From contig CAYUKK010000213.1 in assembly GCA_964445305.1 (NCBI GenBank), positions 1-57,264 on the forward strand: DNA of 57,264 nucleotides. Reading direction: 5' to 3'. The stretch is from an uncultured Eubacteriales bacterium. Its GTDB lineage: Bacteria > Acidobacteriota > Aminicenantia > Aminicenantales > UBA8522. Made by a program: the position numbers and the translations under genes. Shown here piece by piece: positions 54,848-57,264 of this stretch; the stretch's first letter is position 1; every line of letters begins with the position of its first letter. Under the pieces are notes generated by a model, which worked only from the letters and a program-made list of their open reading frames with translations, made no database searches and was not told the DNA's origin.

Positions 54848-56935
54848 CTATTTCTTTTCCGGTTCTTGCTCCGGCTGTTTTTTCGGAGGCTTAAGTAAGA
54901 CTGCCGAATCGCCCAGGATGTCCTTGAGCCACACAGCAATATCACTCCAGACGCTCAAATCGCCGAAATCGCTGAAACGGCCAGGCCACGCTCCCGGTTC
55001 CCTAAAACCGCCGCGCTGCCTTTGAGGTTTAGCCTCGAGGAACCTCACGTTCATGCCAAGCTGCCTGAGCTTTGCCGCGAACTCGCGGGCATTCAACGCC
55101 CGATCACTCTCCGCCGGGAGACTCATCTGTCCCCGCTCTCCGGGAAGGCTCTCTTGTCCCTGGACGATCAGAATATTCAGTGTCTTCGCTTGAGCCGCCA
55201 GCTCGAGAAGCTCTTCGATCGTCGTGTTTGGAGGAGCAAGGAAGAATGCCATCTGGCTCATCACTCCTCGGAACATGTTCGGGTTGAGAAAGGCCAATCG
55301 AAAAGCGCTGTAAGCTCCTTTTCCCGTTCCATCCAGAACAATACTCTTTTCGTTAATTTTATATATCTTTTTGACATGGTTGATGCAATCCATGATGTTC
55401 TTACCGGTCTCGACCGTATCCCATCCCGGCGGATTCTCGAGCTCGGGCGCAAGGAGAATAATATCGCCAGCCCGTTTTTTTCCCGCCGGCCCGTAATAGG
55501 CGGTGGCCAACATGCTGAGTGCCTGCTCTCCCTCTGGACCTCCGCTCAGCGTGAGGAGAAGGGGCAGCGGCTTTTTTGAGTCATACCATTCGGGGATGAA
55601 AGCGGCGTAAGGTTGAAGGGAGCCATCGACTGACGGGCGATAGGCCAGCCGGACAATTCGACCGTTTGGAAAAAGCGCTGGCTTTCCCGCCTCCACTTCC
55701 CTGACCAGTTCCTTTATCTCCTCATGCCATTGCTCGAGGCGATCGAAGGGCGCCAAGGCAGGCGCCTTGGCCATGTATTCCCTTATCCACGCCAACCGTA
55801 TTTCCAGGGTTGGCAGGCTCTCCCGGAAAACCTCATCCTTCTCGAATTTCTCGCCTTTCTTCACCTCCTCGATCTTGGCCGTCAAGGCCTCGAGCTCCCT
55901 GTTGTCGACGAGGAAGAAGGGCTTGTCTTCGGTGAATTTGAGGACACCCTGGTTGTCGATGATGCCCAAGCTGAGGTCATAATGGCCAGTGGCCGGTTTT
56001 TCGATTTTGAGGGGAAATTCCATCACGGTCATGCCCCGGCCAAAGGCGAGCTCCTGTCTCGAAATCTGACTTCCCCGGGCTGAGCTCAGGGCTGTCGTCA
56101 ACCGCCAGCCTTCTTGAGCTGAAGGAGAGTTGATGGCCAGCTTGATTTTTCTTTCTCCGTCAAGGTAGAAATGGCTGGCGTTGAGCAAGGACTGGAATTC
56201 CGGCCCGTTAGCGGGAAGACACGGTACAAAGCGGAAGACAAGGCCACGGCTTCTTTTCGGGCGACCCGCTCCAGAATTCGGGTCGGCCACGAGGTAGACG
56301 CATTTTCTCCTTCCAGGGTCGATGTCCTGGTATTCGAAGTTGATTTCCCCTTCGGGCTGAAGGAACGGCCGGAAAAAGGGGACGTAGGCCCAGGGGATAG
56401 CGGCTTCAGCGATAAAGGATTTCTTGTTCGACCCCGGGACAATTTGGAGCTGGATGTCCTTGGTAAAGGCAGAAGGAAAAGGCGTCCCGTCTCGATTGGC
56501 CACGAACTTTTCCGGTTCGCCATCGCGAAGAGTGAAGCCGAAGACGATGAAGCTCGCCCTGTCCGCCGCCGCTGAAGGCTCAACAAGCGTGAGAAAGAAA
56601 GAGTCGCCAAAGAGGTTCTTCCGACCCGGGAAGAGGAGGCTTTCGTCCTTCACCTCAACGGCGGCATAAAAATATCCGGCATCGAAGGCAAAACGAGCCA
56701 TCAAGGTTAGGTCGTCTGAGGGCTCTATTCTGGCTCCGTCGGCAGCCTGGTTAACCGGCCATTCCTTAATGCCCGCCCAATCCTCCAGCTTTCCATCCAC
56801 ATCGATCTTCCCGGCGAGCTGGAATATCTCAGGCTTTTCGGTCGGCTGGCTTGCCAGGGCCAAACCGGCTCGGATCGTGATGAGAATGAGTGCGGCGAGT
56901 AACGTTTTCACCCAAGATTTCCTCATGACTGCCAT
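54848..56935 (-). CDS. Secreted two-module protein with an N-terminal CBM9/DOMON-like domain and a C-terminal alpha/beta-hydrolase-fold domain
   Basis: 695 aa with a signal peptide. IDVDGKLEDWAGIKEWPV resembles the CBM9_1-like family. The C-terminal half contains PLPLLLTLSGGPEGE and IVLDGTGKGAYSAFRLAF, where Gly sits at the position normally held by the nucleophile Ser. Confidence 0.55.
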   Translation of the reverse strand: MAVMRKSWVKTLLAALILITIRAGLALASQPTEKPEIFQLAGKIDVDGKLEDWAGIKEWPVNQAADGARIEPSDDLTLMARFAFDAGYFYAAVEVKDESLLFPGRKNLFGDSFFLTLVEPSAAADRASFIVFGFTLRDGEPEKFVANRDGTPFPSAFTKDIQLQIVPGSNKKSFIAEAAIPWAYVPFFRPFLQPEGEINFEYQDIDPGRRKCVYLVADPNSGAGRPKRSRGLVFRFVPCLPANGPEFQSLLNASHFYLDGERKIKLAINSPSAQEGWRLTTALSSARGSQISRQELAFGRGMTVMEFPLKIEKPATGHYDLSLGIIDNQGVLKFTEDKPFFLVDNRELEALTAKIEEVKKGEKFEKDEVFRESLPTLEIRLAWIREYMAKAPALAPFDRLEQWHEEIKELVREVEAGKPALFPNGRIVRLAYRPSVDGSLQPYAAFIPEWYDSKKPLPLLLTLSGGPEGEQALSMLATAYYGPAGKKRAGDIILLAPELENPPGWDTVETGKNIMDCINHVKKIYKINEKSIVLDGTGKGAYSAFRLAFLNPNMFRGVMSQMAFFLAPPNTTIEELLELAAQAKTLNILIVQGQESLPGERGQMSLPAESDRALNAREFAAKLRQLGMNVRFLEAKPQRQRGGFREPGAWPGRFSDFGDLSVWSDIAVWLKDILGDSAVLLKPPKKQPEQEPEKK

Positions 56936-57129
56936 CCTTTGAATACATTTCCCTTTTCTATTTTAGAGGATTTTGCCATTCCTGAACAGACTCAGTGGCG
57001 TTCTCACCTGAAAATGCTCAGTTCTGCGGGCAACCGAGGGAGCTTTCCTGCTCGCCGCTAAAATTCATGTTCGGGGAAAAGTGCTTGTTGCCAGGAAAAA
57101 ATGAACACTTTCAGGCGGGCTCTGCGCAG

Positions 57130-57158
57130 TTGCAAAGAGGGGCCGTAACCCGTAAAAT
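57130..57158 (+). promoter_or_regulatory. Putative sigma70-type promoter of tRNA-Gly
   Basis: TTGCAA (57130-57135), a 17-nt spacer, then TAAAAT (57153-57158). This lies about 37 nt upstream of the mature tRNA 5' end. Confidence 0.45.
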
Positions 57159-57194
57159 AAGGCCGCCGGCTGAGGTTAGCTCGGCCGGTTGCGA

Positions 57195-57264
57195 GCGGGC
57201 ATAACTCAGCGGTAGAGTGCCAGCTTCCCAAGCTGGGAGTCGCGGGTTCGAATCCCGTTGCCCG
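57195..57264 (+). tRNA. tRNA-Gly (anticodon CCC), truncated at the window end
   Basis: The cloverleaf was read by hand. The acceptor is GCGGGCA/TGCCCG(C), the D-arm is ACTCAGCGGTAGAGT, the anticodon stem-loop is CCAGC-TTCCCAA-GCTGG, and the T-arm is GCGGG-TTCGAAT-CCCGT. The last acceptor base(s) and any CCA lie beyond the window. Confidence 0.9.

Noticed and set aside
54814-54945. Upstream extension of the NTPase ORF (tracked start 54945)
   Set aside because: It overlaps the end of the upstream gene in another frame. The Walker A motif follows shortly after the ATG at 54813, as in THEP1 proteins.
1-57264. Search for CRISPR arrays, transposases or integrases, prophage genes, toxin-antitoxin pairs or known defence-system genes
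   Set aside because: No regularly spaced direct repeats were found. No ORF carries a DDE or tyrosine/serine-recombinase motif, a reverse transcriptase, Cas proteins, or restriction-modification or abortive-infection hallmarks. The window looks like core chromosome with metabolic and envelope accessory genes.

Overview
This is a 57.3-kb bacterial chromosomal window that looks moderately GC-rich by eye. I found no rRNA, CRISPR array, transposase, integrase or phage genes. Lineage cannot be assigned from sequence alone, but it looks like an uncultivated, diderm, Tat-using organism.

Layout:
- 1-15280 (+): the 3' end of tuf, then an uninterrupted S10-spc-alpha ribosomal supercluster (rpsJ through rplQ, including secY, adk, map, infA, rpmJ and rpoA). 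Many start/stop overlaps suggest translational coupling.
- 15294-22209 (-): a tightly packed run of an S9 peptidase fused to an FGE-like domain, then cca, galE and an MltD-like LysM transglycosylase.
- 22416-24893: envelope genes, namely a tandem LEA_2-like secreted protein, a GT2 glycosyltransferase and a beta-barrel outer-membrane protein.
- 25104-30241: tsaC (+), then a minus-strand cobB-larC-folE-metG run.
- 30242-30711: an unusually long non-coding gap containing a GC-rich rod-like structured element of about 210 nt.
- 30712-33870: mtnP, a PfkB kinase and a stand-alone TrpB2.
- 34007-41824: a TRAP transporter (DctPQM) co-directional with three Tat-signal enzymes (a xylose-isomerase-like TIM barrel and two Gfo/Idh/MocA oxidoreductases), plus a divergent secreted alpha/beta hydrolase.
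- 41949-46652 (-): a small membrane ORF, acpS, uvrC, uvrB and a bactofilin.
- 46802-50188 (+): an anaerobic sulfatase-maturase-type radical SAM/SPASM enzyme with a C-terminal SEC-C tail, followed by an OPT transporter.
- 50228-56935 (-): a secreted CBM9-like/alpha-beta-fold protein, a THEP1-type NTPase, a zinc-ribbon Ser/Thr kinase with TPR repeats, and a Tat dienelactone hydrolase.
- 57195-57264 (+): tRNA-Gly(CCC), truncated at the window edge.

The leads most worth follow-up are the structured intergenic element, the periplasmic oxidoreductase/TIM-barrel/TRAP locus, the S9-FGE fusion and the SEC-C-tagged maturase. All protein calls come from reading the translated ORFs and recognising family motifs. 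No database search was run.
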